From positions 36,936-100,935 of IMG/VR virus record IMGVR_UViG_3300006738_000004: a stretch of DNA of 64,000 nucleotides. One strand, 5' to 3'. The number at the start of each line of letters is the position of its first letter. Positions within the stretch are counted from its first letter, which is position 1. This DNA comes from a virus. Positions 31,201 to 39,246 of this stretch are shown one piece after another. A program made the position numbers and the translations under genes. Below the pieces are notes generated by a model, which did no database searches, was not told the origin of the DNA, and saw only the letters and a list, made by a program, of their open reading frames with translations.

Positions 31201-31217
31201 ACAACGACGTGGTGTAG
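25272..31217 (+). CDS. tailspike with a very long right-handed parallel beta-helix (putative depolymerase/receptor-binding protein)
   Basis: Dozens of [IV]xxN.[IV] / GI repeats; N-terminal H....AH.A.AI....VEGALQEI attachment motif. Confidence 0.8.
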   Translation: MPRNVDPGTIVVGAGLAPEGTVEDNSLRYPERDVDPLRVHLHDTSRAHMAVAIGIDDAGHCYTSDEVEGALQEICAAAGASRMNGMVNGGYFVELGPPSTAVIQAAISGGGVGTTLTLVEPTTVLVNTHVLHLGGMTITLPDDAVSFVYVDCDGTHATYETLVSTLAPPPQIDSGGWPGVEHVMIAKITTVGGIVTAYQDARFFVADLDRKLAYSVRAVPGEPDNDLYAEACFVTLEASLFWMEWYHTNAMDGQDTRTRILLRGTQTVFAPLVVPLNNVVFQGDGDAKIVFPGGFAGTTLFDVSDRIGVEFRDLEFVSSVATNNTAIWANGATTASSGLRVTNCQFAHTGGVANRWTTGISVESSASPPSWILVQDCQMMVSGAGVRIDSGASCTIQGCLVAGVAGVTPVGIDLPATQHGLGSDNRVLDCEVKDCATAIRATDSKRLHVEGCQLEADDDGIIIRAATQSFDLEENVIEGTVIKLADTTTALCGIVFDHSAIIGPMTKNAVIDCLIENQRTAGWAAGDFSWGIDFRSFGGDEIGVLNRISGCTIQGFNNPAAALLGISGGVRLDAAADQTRIVDTAFHLCANGIYFDAGSGNVAQGVSVEGCKYTASTNTDSGLCAGFTFLYQFDDLGIIGNTLHCLGNADGSQGAILGVYVGNPEDNAGTGLRIANNQVTGMGYQTGAMRPAGIQVDGFWTNVNVSDNTIDGFIGGGGGHFPNGAGVSFTPRSLAPHDVVVSGNAITRCLHGITAAGVDHTHFASTYNITGNTISYCAGPISDSTNVVMLDRAVFGIAMEFCEDFMVSSNVISDCGSINFPNGSAAVPAGTESTIGICALNCTQYSIHGNRIHELISTGVGITIPIQARNDGAGVGAAGTWASRAVSICNNEIKGAGNPPWLLGAAAQLWGISVSSSAFGDAADSTYIINDLTISDNTITGLRSHAVTTIGSIGIWVGARQNAEISKVAVQGNLVSGCEWFSIWLDADAKSTTPGYFSFIRDADVSNNVIGAQHSVSDATAGIFVQAADAGRVQHANISNNNISNVPDRGIYLKSDSDNSVLSGIRVVGNTIPYIPVGDHGSFGIELESVSDVVAEVQDVVISGNTIGGRLVFDSGSSNFMVHTGIKVFNEECSKFLRVHVDDNEIAATAYGVHWQVASTAAPGSNLTVRWPSINRNTIHYAPQDGISIFEFRPIFVDSFGAHWEDAEFIGNQVRSACTPLNGPAVPLTVHLYGDNNPSTAPYHFTNIKINDNTAENTSETTDVPNTESILLHIASAKMDVHGIQINRNTTQGGGINCLLDHLDVEHDEISDINICNNAVNGNLARIGIKFNTKDVPILSPQPISNVKIDGNTIESLATGITFAPTTESSYGILVATTGAEAPIRGCSISNNTVDGTLSSALSAAWGVTGIKMVGAGCRAMSIHGNTLVNLRGDDKQTRGIWYNCLSGDSTQALTVDGNTVNGAGGSGIELQFGGDDAGVHAGEDDSISCCNNNLRLVTTGSDPGIPGILIHAAEGTDTTLKNVQVHGNQVEVGDSQIGIQVDADGWDDNYSISCCDNTVSKNYGKVPNFGILGSFANNAEDVRFDGNTCVAWKNYGVMVFAPLVMRNFSLSRNLVRTGNTEKASFYSGVRLYGDALTEGRNTTLDGNIVDYIGGNLVGANRGVVFTTDNIALLGGADCQNTSISGNKIMEASYAVWFGGEGANDAMSHYNTNICDNQVVISNSNPQYAPVSGIKVLSGANQTEFQGMTLSRNQVSVSSNDHDYKGIDILIGGVDGLNSLWDVSDNQINYLNPLVDTAQDTTGIYWENFSTNGLCHQMRIARNTVVGAGRWGIAVGFFGDTREVQILDNIIHSSRNTFTGGYGYHNGDLVIEWQLGSTLKALSVCGNHCRNGAKHPDRYGFVFSDAGLPGTIGKWIISNNTSLNYEQFKAVDTTFTNPSVLQYSNITDNINMDMTVAADNWDNGLNWADPTNVHVSNNDVV

Positions 31218-31225
31218 AGGATCTA

Positions 31226-32164
31226 ATGCGTACTATTGCAGCTATGGCAAAAACCAACGCACTTTGTGTGGAGCACTCGGGTCAGACGCGGGTGCGAAAC
31301 GGTTGGACGAAAGACCCGGCTGACGATTCTTTCACCGCTCCCGATGTGAACGGCATCCTGGATGAGATGGTTGGGCTGGTAGCAGCGGCAGGAGCCACGA
31401 AGGTGTTGGACCTTGGCTGCGGCACTGGATGGTTTGCTGAGCGTCTTGCTTCAGCCCACCCCGAGATCGACTACACAGGGATCGACATCAGCATCCCCCA
31501 AATCCAGACTGCCCAAAGCAACGCTGGATCGATGGGCTTCAATAACGCTCCCGAGTTCCAGGTCGGCAACACCTGGGAGTTCTTGCGCTTCACTGATCCC
31601 ATCGACTGGGACTTCATCGTGTCCTCTCGTCATGTCTTTTGGGACTCGGACCAGAGGAACGACCTGCTCATGCTGGAGCTTCTGTTCACGAGAACGGCAA
31701 AGGGGGTCCTCATCTTGGGGGACAAGGAGCGCATCGCAAGGCTCCCTGCTGCTCGGTTCACTCGCCTCTCCTCTAACTTCACCGCCATGGGCAACCCCCT
31801 ACCCTACCACGACCCCAACGTGGCCAGGGCCTTCTTGACGGATGCCACGTTGGCGAACGCTTCACAAGAGGCGATGTCTCCCATCCTTTTCACGGCTGAT
31901 GGGGTAACAGAGGTAAAAGATCCTCCTACGATCCCAGGGCATCTTCAGTTCATCAACAAGGGGCAGTACAACCGGAAGCTCGCTGCGGACAAGATCCGAA
32001 AGGATGTGAAGAACCAGAACGCCAAGTCCACTGAAGTCGAGGGGATTACCTTCAACAGCAAGGGCCTTGTGACAGCAGTAGAGACTAAAACGATTGCCAA
32101 TCTGAAGAAGGTCCTGACCTCAGCGCAGTTGGATCCGAAGCTGGTCAAGGGGTCAAATCAATGA
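31226..32164 (+). CDS. class I SAM-dependent methyltransferase
   Basis: KVLDLGCGTG motif I; YTGIDIS; WDFIVS. Confidence 0.8.
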   Translation: MRTIAAMAKTNALCVEHSGQTRVRNGWTKDPADDSFTAPDVNGILDEMVGLVAAAGATKVLDLGCGTGWFAERLASAHPEIDYTGIDISIPQIQTAQSNAGSMGFNNAPEFQVGNTWEFLRFTDPIDWDFIVSSRHVFWDSDQRNDLLMLELLFTRTAKGVLILGDKERIARLPAARFTRLSSNFTAMGNPLPYHDPNVARAFLTDATLANASQEAMSPILFTADGVTEVKDPPTIPGHLQFINKGQYNRKLAADKIRKDVKNQNAKSTEVEGITFNSKGLVTAVETKTIANLKKVLTSAQLDPKLVKGSNQ

Positions 32165-32976
32165 GAGCTATAGTCGATCTTGTCACCAACCGAATCATCA
32201 AGGTGGCCTCCACGCCCGCCATCCCGGACACGGGCACCGTGATCAACGGGAACTACATCTTCCCGGTCCCAGAGGGGGCCGCTGTGACAATCGAGGAGGG
32301 GGACTACATCCTTCCTCAAGACACCAACTCGATACCGTATCGCTCTGCCCAAGAGTTGCTTGTGCGGTACCCGATGTATGACTTCATCCACTACAACTTC
32401 CTTCTCGACACAGCAGACATAGCGGGAATCGACGTTGCCCCTACTGCTCCTACACCGCCCCTGGCAACGACCCAGGAAGTTCGTTGCCAGATCGGACGTG
32501 CGGCTGGACCGGCTCCGGTTGGGAATGCTCCTACGTCAGTGCGTCTGATGAAACGCAACGCCACAATCTCCGGGGGAGATCCATTCAAGGACGGCCTCCT
32601 GGTCACGGACACCATCGACATCTCAGCGATTACTTCGGGGGCTGCGGGCACTGACGAGGCCATGCTGTGGTGGAAGATAGGGGTGTGTGACGCTTCCATA
32701 GATTCTGCTCGGGGCTACGGTGCATATTCAGCAAGCCAGGGAAACGACCCTTCCTTGCGAGCGTTCCAGGAACCCGGTAATGGCCCGGATTCCATCCGGG
32801 CATGGCTGAGTAATGACGATGGGGTGACATGGTATCCGGCCCCTTACCTGGAGCCGATTGATCTTGTTGACCTTGGCGCAAACCTGCGTATTTGCTTCAC
32901 AAACACAAGCGTGTCCATCGACTATGTGCTGCTGGGCTTTTGCGTCCTGTTTGTCGATACCTGGACAAGCTCATGA
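32161..32976 (+). CDS. hypothetical structural protein
   Basis: ATGA-coupled to the methyltransferase; Asp-box SNDDGVTW. Confidence 0.6.
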   Translation: MRAIVDLVTNRIIKVASTPAIPDTGTVINGNYIFPVPEGAAVTIEEGDYILPQDTNSIPYRSAQELLVRYPMYDFIHYNFLLDTADIAGIDVAPTAPTPPLATTQEVRCQIGRAAGPAPVGNAPTSVRLMKRNATISGGDPFKDGLLVTDTIDISAITSGAAGTDEAMLWWKIGVCDASIDSARGYGAYSASQGNDPSLRAFQEPGNGPDSIRAWLSNDDGVTWYPAPYLEPIDLVDLGANLRICFTNTSVSIDYVLLGFCVLFVDTWTSS

Positions 32977-33137
32977 GGCCAAAAATCATCAAAGCAACTG
33001 AGTTGACCCCTGAGCAACAAGGAAAGTGGGCTGCTGGCAGAAGAAAGTATTTCACCTCCATCCTGCGAAACCCCTCTACGTCAGCGGATGAGAAAGGGAA
33101 AGCCCGTAAGAAACTTCAAGCCCTCGTAGATGGTTGA
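32973..33137 (+). CDS. small basic hypothetical protein (54 aa)
   Basis: ATGA overlap with the upstream gene. Confidence 0.55.
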   Translation: MRPKIIKATELTPEQQGKWAAGRRKYFTSILRNPSTSADEKGKARKKLQALVDG

Positions 33138-33141
33138 TGTC

Positions 33142-33156
33142 CGGTCGCCTTTCTAT
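33142..33156 (+). promoter_or_regulatory. class B motif
   Basis: CGGT cgccttt CTAT upstream of 33219. Confidence 0.7.
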
Positions 33157-33218
33157 ATCGTTCGCGGGGGTAGGGTAGGGCGTGGCCCTCTCTTGCTTTC
33201 ATCGGAGAATGGACGGAC

Positions 33219-36200
33219 ATGGCACAGGACTTCGGAAATGGTGTAAGCCGCACGCTTTCGGCGTCCAATCGGCAGTTTCAGGTCGTCGTATGGCAAGCGA
33301 GCAAGCCCCCACTTGACTCTGAGCTAAACCTCATGGCCCAGGTTGCCTGGGAACGTGCGGCCAACGAGGTTCGGGCCAACATGCACTCGGGGTTCCTCTT
33401 GGACCCGATGCGGGCCTCGATGGACTACATGACGAACCCCGATTGGTCGAACTGGTTCTACTTCGGAGACCAGGGTCCTGCTGACCTCTCCCCTGTGATT
33501 TGGGCCAACGTGAACGGCTGGGTCATTCCAGTCACGGGAACTCGGAGCGCCGACGGAACCACCTCGAACCGCATCGACCTCTGGGGACCTCCTACTTCCG
33601 ATACCCGGATCGACTTCGTTTACCTGGAGGCTTGGCTGTCCCAGGTGGCTCCCAACCCTTCTACGGAAAACAAGCCCAGTGCTACTTTCATCTGGAAGTA
33701 CGGCAACACCATGTTTGGGGGCACCAATGAGCCTGATGACATGGAAGATCCCACTATTGGGTTCGAGACTACGGAGCGGCTCCAGGTTCAGTACCGTATC
33801 CGCGTTTTTGGTGAGGGTGACGGTGCAGGTCAAAGTGTAGACCTCTCTACCTTCCCCGATGCCTTGGACGACCCGAATGTTGTGGCACAGGGAAACGGGC
33901 TTCTCCCCCTTGCTTCTTACCCGTGGACCAATATGCGGGACGAGTTGGGGGATCCCAGCTTGTGGAGAGCCGGTAACGGTGATGCCTCTAATGACCTCAA
34001 GACCGTGGATGGCTACAGCTACGCCATCCCCATTTGTGCGATCTTCCGCAGGAACTCGGACTACTTCGTAGCCGCCATGAACGGAAGCACCGCAGCAAAT
34101 CAGAACGGTGCGCTCAACCGTAACCCTACTTCAGCGACTCTCACGGACCCCGCTGAGGGTTCTCGGACCTTTACAGATGTCCGGCTTACTTCTGACTTGG
34201 CAACGGGAACCACCGGCAACGTGGATGTGCTTGGGCTTACTGGTTCGGGGATGGATAACTCTGACATCAGTTGGGACAGCTACTTCATCGTCATCAACAA
34301 CGAAATCATCCACCTTACGGGTGTCAGTGCTGCTTCAGGCACCATCACCATCCGTACTGGAGATGTAGGAACCACTGACCAGGGGCGTGGGCGCTGGGGC
34401 ACCCAGGACACCTACCATTCTGCCGGGTCTGTTTTGAGGTTCTTCAACTCGCGTCCCGACGACCTGTTCTCCGATGAAATCCATCGGACAGACCTCCTGG
34501 ACATGCGGCGAGGAGTTACGCCTGGAGAGTGGGATTACGACCAACTTCTGGCCCACAACCTGACCAAGCTGTTCCAGGGGGAGCTTCACAGCACCTGGAA
34601 GCAGGCGGCGGTCTCCGACACGGAAGGTCCCGTCGTCGTAGAGGTGGATACTCTTTGGAACGATGGGGCTTCGGCTGTTCCAGCCCAAACGGAAGCTCTG
34701 GATGGCCCCGACGGCATCAGAACTGCGTTCTCGGATGCGGCGATCCTCCAATCGGATGTCACTCTGCTTCTGTCGGACCAGGGCGCAGGCTCTGTTAGCT
34801 CATGGACCAGCGGACATACTTGGGATGTGGCGGCAGACTTCGCTGCTTCCGGGTACCAGATTGATGCTGGTGGAATCACCAACGGCGATTCCGTCTTCCT
34901 CTACATTGGAGGCAATGACGGCACGGGTGGGGCACGAAGCTCCATGCGAGCCGGAACCGAAAGGGCTGTCCGTTTCGTAAACCCCAGAGAGCAGGCCCTG
35001 ATTCAGAGGGGGATCGGCAAGGAAGATGCTGCCACGGGCCGCCAGAACCCGGTCAGCGTCAAGTTCCTTGGTGAGCAGGCGATGGACTCACCCTCTCCTG
35101 CCGAGGCTCTGGGTCGCCATCCAGGCCCTTACCATCCCCTTCAGGCGACGAACTTTGAGGCCCCCTTCGTTTTCTTGGGAGGCTTGCTCCACACACTGCT
35201 CAATGTCACGGACGCCAACCTTTACGAGAACTCTTCTCCTGGGTCCTTCGATGAGATTGAGTTCACGGGCCTCGACTTCGACGTCAATGGAGCTTGGTTC
35301 GCCAAGGACGCGGCAGGGCTGTTCCAGCATGACCCTTCTCTTCTTACTAACCCGCTTTACCATGATCAAAAGACGCTCTTTGGCCTCTTGACTCGTGCCG
35401 GATCTGAATGCTCAGGGTTGTCCTCTGACATGTACATCGTGATCTCTGGGGCAGGCACGGCCCTCAACAACGGGGTCTACAAGGTGTTGGGGGCAGGACA
35501 AACCGCAGGGTATACGGCCATCTCTGCATCAGCGCCTGATCGTATGGTCCTCACGCCCATGATGGTCGGTCATGCGGGAGTGGTGGCTGAAGCAGGTCTT
35601 CCTGCGGAAGCTCGGTCCTGGATGACCAGCGCGGAAGATGGCACAGGGGCAGTTAGTGGACAGGCAGCAGCTTGTCTGGTGTTCACCGACGTAGAAGGAC
35701 TTGCACTCGGGGACTCAAACCCGTGGGGTGCCACGAACCTGGGTCCTTACGCCATCACTTCCCCGCTAACAGGGGACTTCGCAATCAACCTCACTCTGGC
35801 GTACTCGCCCGGTCGTGGAGGGCTGGCTCGGGTCGCAGATGAGATAAACACCTTCTCTGTGATTCAGCCTGCATCCGGGATGCTGCGGCAAGCGCCTTCT
35901 TCCATTGACTCTCTCTTCTACTCTGAAGCAGGAGTGGTTGCAGTATCAGAGTCCTACTACCCGCCAGAGCCTCTTCAGGTATGGAATCGCTTGGACAGCA
36001 AGGGGTTGGGGGCTTCTAAAGCGCCTGCCTTTGGGGGTGGTCGAATCCACCTTTCCGAGGAGTCCCGTGAAGCAGAGGTCTTCGTAGACCCTGGCTCCAA
36101 GACAGTCCTGTTCCGACCCTTCCAGTCCAAGGGCATGACACTCCAGCCTGTGGTGCTGTCCAACATCCTTTACCCAGCGTCTTATGCGGTTGGAGACGCA

Positions 36201-38627
36201 CACGGACAGCCCATTGACGGGGCGGGCCTTTTCCAATCAGGCGCTCTGATCTCTTACGCTCTTCCTCCTGAATACATGCCTCGATTTGGGCGTCAGGACA
36301 TCCCCTTCTACCAAGACACGACAGGCGCAGGTACGGGTGCGTTTTTGGACGGGATCAACCACCTCTTCCAGGACAACACGACGAACACCTCTCAGGTTTT
36401 CAACATTATCGGAGGCACCGATAATGTTGGTGTCGCTGGGGTGAACCCCATCTTCGCCCAAACGGGAGACTTCGCTACCACAGCTTTGTATTACGGGGAG
36501 TACGGCGTCATCGCCTATGGCGCTGGAAACTGCTATCAGGCCCGGAAGATCGAGGACGTGAACGTCATCTCTTCCGATGTCCCACGGGGTTTGCGCGGCA
36601 TTGAGCTTCCTCCTTTCCTTGGAGTCGCTCGTATTTACGGAATCTACGACGGGCGCGATTGGGACGGTACGGGTGCATGGACTAACCGGGTAGTCCCGGT
36701 GACTGACCACATTCCCAACCTGCTTCGCAAGGACGCGGACTTGCAGACCCTCTACATCAAAGAGGGCGGTGGCGAGGACGTGACCGGCGATGCCGATGCT
36801 CACACCTACATCATCCCGGAAGACCTGATTGACATCAAACGCTCGGCTTCCTACGTCGCTGGTGAGACATGGGATGACATTGATTTCGTTGTGGAGTTCA
36901 CTTGCTTCGGGTTCGGGCTTGGGTTCATCAACAAGAACAACTACGTTGCCATGCGGGCACACAACGCTGAGGGTAATGACCCGCTTGGTATTGGGTTGGG
37001 CGTTCTGACGGACGTCTCGATGGTGCTTCCAGCGGCAGCCCCCTCCGATACGGAGTGCTACGCCGCGTACCGTAGGACGGTCTACCAGGGCGATCCCTAC
37101 ATGACCAAGGGCCAGAGTACTCGTGCCCCTGGACTCACCGACTATGCAACCCGATACGGGCAGGTCAGCGTTGCCAATGCTTGGGAACTGAGCATGGCGA
37201 TCCAACAGTATTGCAACGATACCGACTATTCCCAGATTCCCACCAAGCCGAATCCCCGTGCTCTTGAAGTTCTGGCCGCCAGTGACTTCTACACCACCTT
37301 GGGGACAGGCAAGATGGGAGGTTCGGTTTACGCAGGGACTCTCACGGACGTTGGCTGCTTGGATTGCTCGGGTCGTATTCCAGCGTCAAGCACTGCCATG
37401 CAGTACCAAGTTCGGACACGGGTCTTCACAGAAGGTCAGCCAGACTTCGCCCCCAGAGGGGTGGTCACCTTGGAGATCAGCAACACCACCTTGGCTGATG
37501 AAACCTTTAGCATCATCGACCGTGGAGGGTTGGCCTCAATCAAGACATGGACCTGGGACGGCGGTGGGGCAACCGATCCTGCGGTCGGGGCTGACTCGAT
37601 AACAAGTGCAACAAACGCCGCCACCATCCTTCAGGCTGACTCGGAGATTCCGAGTCTTTACCGCATGAGTGTTCAATACTTCGGGGACAACAAGCTCCAC
37701 TTCGTTGCTTTGGATGCCGGGTCTTTCGGGAACACCCTTGCCGTAAGGATTGCCGACACGAGCACGACTCCGATGCCAACGGGACAGCATCTTCACAACG
37801 CAAGTTTTGGTGCTTCCGTGACTTCGGTAAACTCAGGCTGGCACCCGTCTGAGCTTGTGTTGGGGGGTTCCAACCTTCCGGCTAATGGTGGTAATGGGGC
37901 ATCCCCCATCAACATGGGGGGCATGACAGAGAGGCTTCCGCTGGGAATCCTTGTTCAGGACTCCGACTTCGTTGGGGAAGATCCCCTGAATGTCGGTGCT
38001 TCCGTGATGACTAAGCCTGCTGGGAGCAACTCGCCCACAAGCATGATGGCACCCCTCTTCGATGGTCGTGAGTACCACCGTGTTGTGGGTGGTGCAGGGG
38101 CTGAGATTGGAATGTGTGACGGGGCTATCGGCTCCTACATGGCCTACTCCACGGACGCTCCGAGTGGTGTGCGGCAGTTCCGACTCTTCCGAGGGGGTGG
38201 TTCCCTGTATGACCTCGACCGCGTGGCTGGAGGCCCTGTGGAGTGGTACGTCGAGGGCTGGAGCAGCGAGCAGAGGCCGGTCCTCAAGGGCGGTGTTCTG
38301 GTGGGTCGAGCGTTCCTGGTTCGCAACTATGAGGAAAGGGCTTTCTCTTCCAGTGACGTGACCACTCATGGAGACGAGATTCAGATGGTCATCGCTACCC
38401 GCGCCATCTACGGGCAGGGCATAGGAACGGCAAGCTCAACTCCCTCTTACACCTTGGAGGGGGAGATCAGCCCCACAGGGTACGGGAAGGGCTATGCAGC
38501 GGCAGACCGCTATCGCCTGGAGGGCTACCCGATGATGCCCGCGCACAGCAAGGACTCTCCCTTCGTAAACCCAGAGCTTGCGCCGTACACGAATATCGAC
38601 CCCGCAACCGACGACCCGTGCCCGTAG
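33219..38627 (+). CDS. large virion structural protein (1802 aa), DUF6519/DUF4815-like N-terminus
   Basis: VVWQASKPPLDSELN; shares DPTIG.ETT.R.Q.QYRIR and TVDGY.YA.PI...FRRN with 21863. Confidence 0.65.
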   Translation: MAQDFGNGVSRTLSASNRQFQVVVWQASKPPLDSELNLMAQVAWERAANEVRANMHSGFLLDPMRASMDYMTNPDWSNWFYFGDQGPADLSPVIWANVNGWVIPVTGTRSADGTTSNRIDLWGPPTSDTRIDFVYLEAWLSQVAPNPSTENKPSATFIWKYGNTMFGGTNEPDDMEDPTIGFETTERLQVQYRIRVFGEGDGAGQSVDLSTFPDALDDPNVVAQGNGLLPLASYPWTNMRDELGDPSLWRAGNGDASNDLKTVDGYSYAIPICAIFRRNSDYFVAAMNGSTAANQNGALNRNPTSATLTDPAEGSRTFTDVRLTSDLATGTTGNVDVLGLTGSGMDNSDISWDSYFIVINNEIIHLTGVSAASGTITIRTGDVGTTDQGRGRWGTQDTYHSAGSVLRFFNSRPDDLFSDEIHRTDLLDMRRGVTPGEWDYDQLLAHNLTKLFQGELHSTWKQAAVSDTEGPVVVEVDTLWNDGASAVPAQTEALDGPDGIRTAFSDAAILQSDVTLLLSDQGAGSVSSWTSGHTWDVAADFAASGYQIDAGGITNGDSVFLYIGGNDGTGGARSSMRAGTERAVRFVNPREQALIQRGIGKEDAATGRQNPVSVKFLGEQAMDSPSPAEALGRHPGPYHPLQATNFEAPFVFLGGLLHTLLNVTDANLYENSSPGSFDEIEFTGLDFDVNGAWFAKDAAGLFQHDPSLLTNPLYHDQKTLFGLLTRAGSECSGLSSDMYIVISGAGTALNNGVYKVLGAGQTAGYTAISASAPDRMVLTPMMVGHAGVVAEAGLPAEARSWMTSAEDGTGAVSGQAAACLVFTDVEGLALGDSNPWGATNLGPYAITSPLTGDFAINLTLAYSPGRGGLARVADEINTFSVIQPASGMLRQAPSSIDSLFYSEAGVVAVSESYYPPEPLQVWNRLDSKGLGASKAPAFGGGRIHLSEESREAEVFVDPGSKTVLFRPFQSKGMTLQPVVLSNILYPASYAVGDAHGQPIDGAGLFQSGALISYALPPEYMPRFGRQDIPFYQDTTGAGTGAFLDGINHLFQDNTTNTSQVFNIIGGTDNVGVAGVNPIFAQTGDFATTALYYGEYGVIAYGAGNCYQARKIEDVNVISSDVPRGLRGIELPPFLGVARIYGIYDGRDWDGTGAWTNRVVPVTDHIPNLLRKDADLQTLYIKEGGGEDVTGDADAHTYIIPEDLIDIKRSASYVAGETWDDIDFVVEFTCFGFGLGFINKNNYVAMRAHNAEGNDPLGIGLGVLTDVSMVLPAAAPSDTECYAAYRRTVYQGDPYMTKGQSTRAPGLTDYATRYGQVSVANAWELSMAIQQYCNDTDYSQIPTKPNPRALEVLAASDFYTTLGTGKMGGSVYAGTLTDVGCLDCSGRIPASSTAMQYQVRTRVFTEGQPDFAPRGVVTLEISNTTLADETFSIIDRGGLASIKTWTWDGGGATDPAVGADSITSATNAATILQADSEIPSLYRMSVQYFGDNKLHFVALDAGSFGNTLAVRIADTSTTPMPTGQHLHNASFGASVTSVNSGWHPSELVLGGSNLPANGGNGASPINMGGMTERLPLGILVQDSDFVGEDPLNVGASVMTKPAGSNSPTSMMAPLFDGREYHRVVGGAGAEIGMCDGAIGSYMAYSTDAPSGVRQFRLFRGGGSLYDLDRVAGGPVEWYVEGWSSEQRPVLKGGVLVGRAFLVRNYEERAFSSSDVTTHGDEIQMVIATRAIYGQGIGTASSTPSYTLEGEISPTGYGKGYAAADRYRLEGYPMMPAHSKDSPFVNPELAPYTNIDPATDDPCP

Positions 38628-38633
38628 GCCCTT

Positions 38634-39158
38634 TCAGACGTTAGACCGTGCCTTGAGCAGGGGACTCATGTCCAGAAGCTCCTGTGCAGCCGTAGGCAGC
38701 AGCACCATGATGAAGCTGCCGTTCTCGGAGAACGCATCGTACTGACCAGTACTTTCGTGGTTCCCAGAGCGTTGGATCTGCCGAATCGTGTTGTACGGGA
38801 AAGGCATCTCCTGCAACGAGGCATCATGATGAAGAAGGTCGGGTTCAGCCAGTTGGCGAATGTTGGTGGCGGTGCCCGTAGCGTAGGCATAACCCTTGGC
38901 TTCCTTCTCCCCAACCTTCTTGACTGCCTTGTCGATGGCGTAGTCCACTGGGGTGGCTCGACCGTGAGTGCCGACCTTACCCCAGTTACAGCGAACCGGA
39001 GCATTGCCACCACTGTAGGTAAGCTGCCACCACTTCTCGCTGTATCCGTTCTTGTTCTTACCGTTGTAGCCGCGATATTCGAGGCGTACTCGAAAGGGAC
39101 GATCCTGCCGCCAAAGCTGTAGGGCAACGTCCATAGACACCAGATGTGTTTTCGCCAT
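38634..39158 (-). CDS. WGR-domain protein
   Basis: SEKWWQL...WGKVGTHGR...EKEAKGY WGR signature; AAGGAGG RBS. Confidence 0.75.
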   Translation of the reverse strand: MAKTHLVSMDVALQLWRQDRPFRVRLEYRGYNGKNKNGYSEKWWQLTYSGGNAPVRCNWGKVGTHGRATPVDYAIDKAVKKVGEKEAKGYAYATGTATNIRQLAEPDLLHHDASLQEMPFPYNTIRQIQRSGNHESTGQYDAFSENGSFIMVLLPTAAQELLDMSPLLKARSNV

Positions 39159-39183
39159 GATTGATGGCCTCCTTCATCCCCTT

Positions 39184-39211
39184 TACGGGCAATGGGAGAG
39201 GTCGGAACCCC
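39184..39211 (-). promoter_or_regulatory. class A motif
   Basis: - strand GGGGTTC CGACCTCTCCCATTGC CCGTA. Confidence 0.75.
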
Positions 39212-39218
39212 CTGAAGT

Positions 39219-39233
39219 GGGTAAAGCCTCTAT
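39219..39233 (+). promoter_or_regulatory. class B motif variant GGGT-N7-CTAT
   Basis: GGGT aaagcct CTAT upstream of 39247. Confidence 0.55.
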
Positions 39234-39246
39234 GGGAGGTCCTTAG

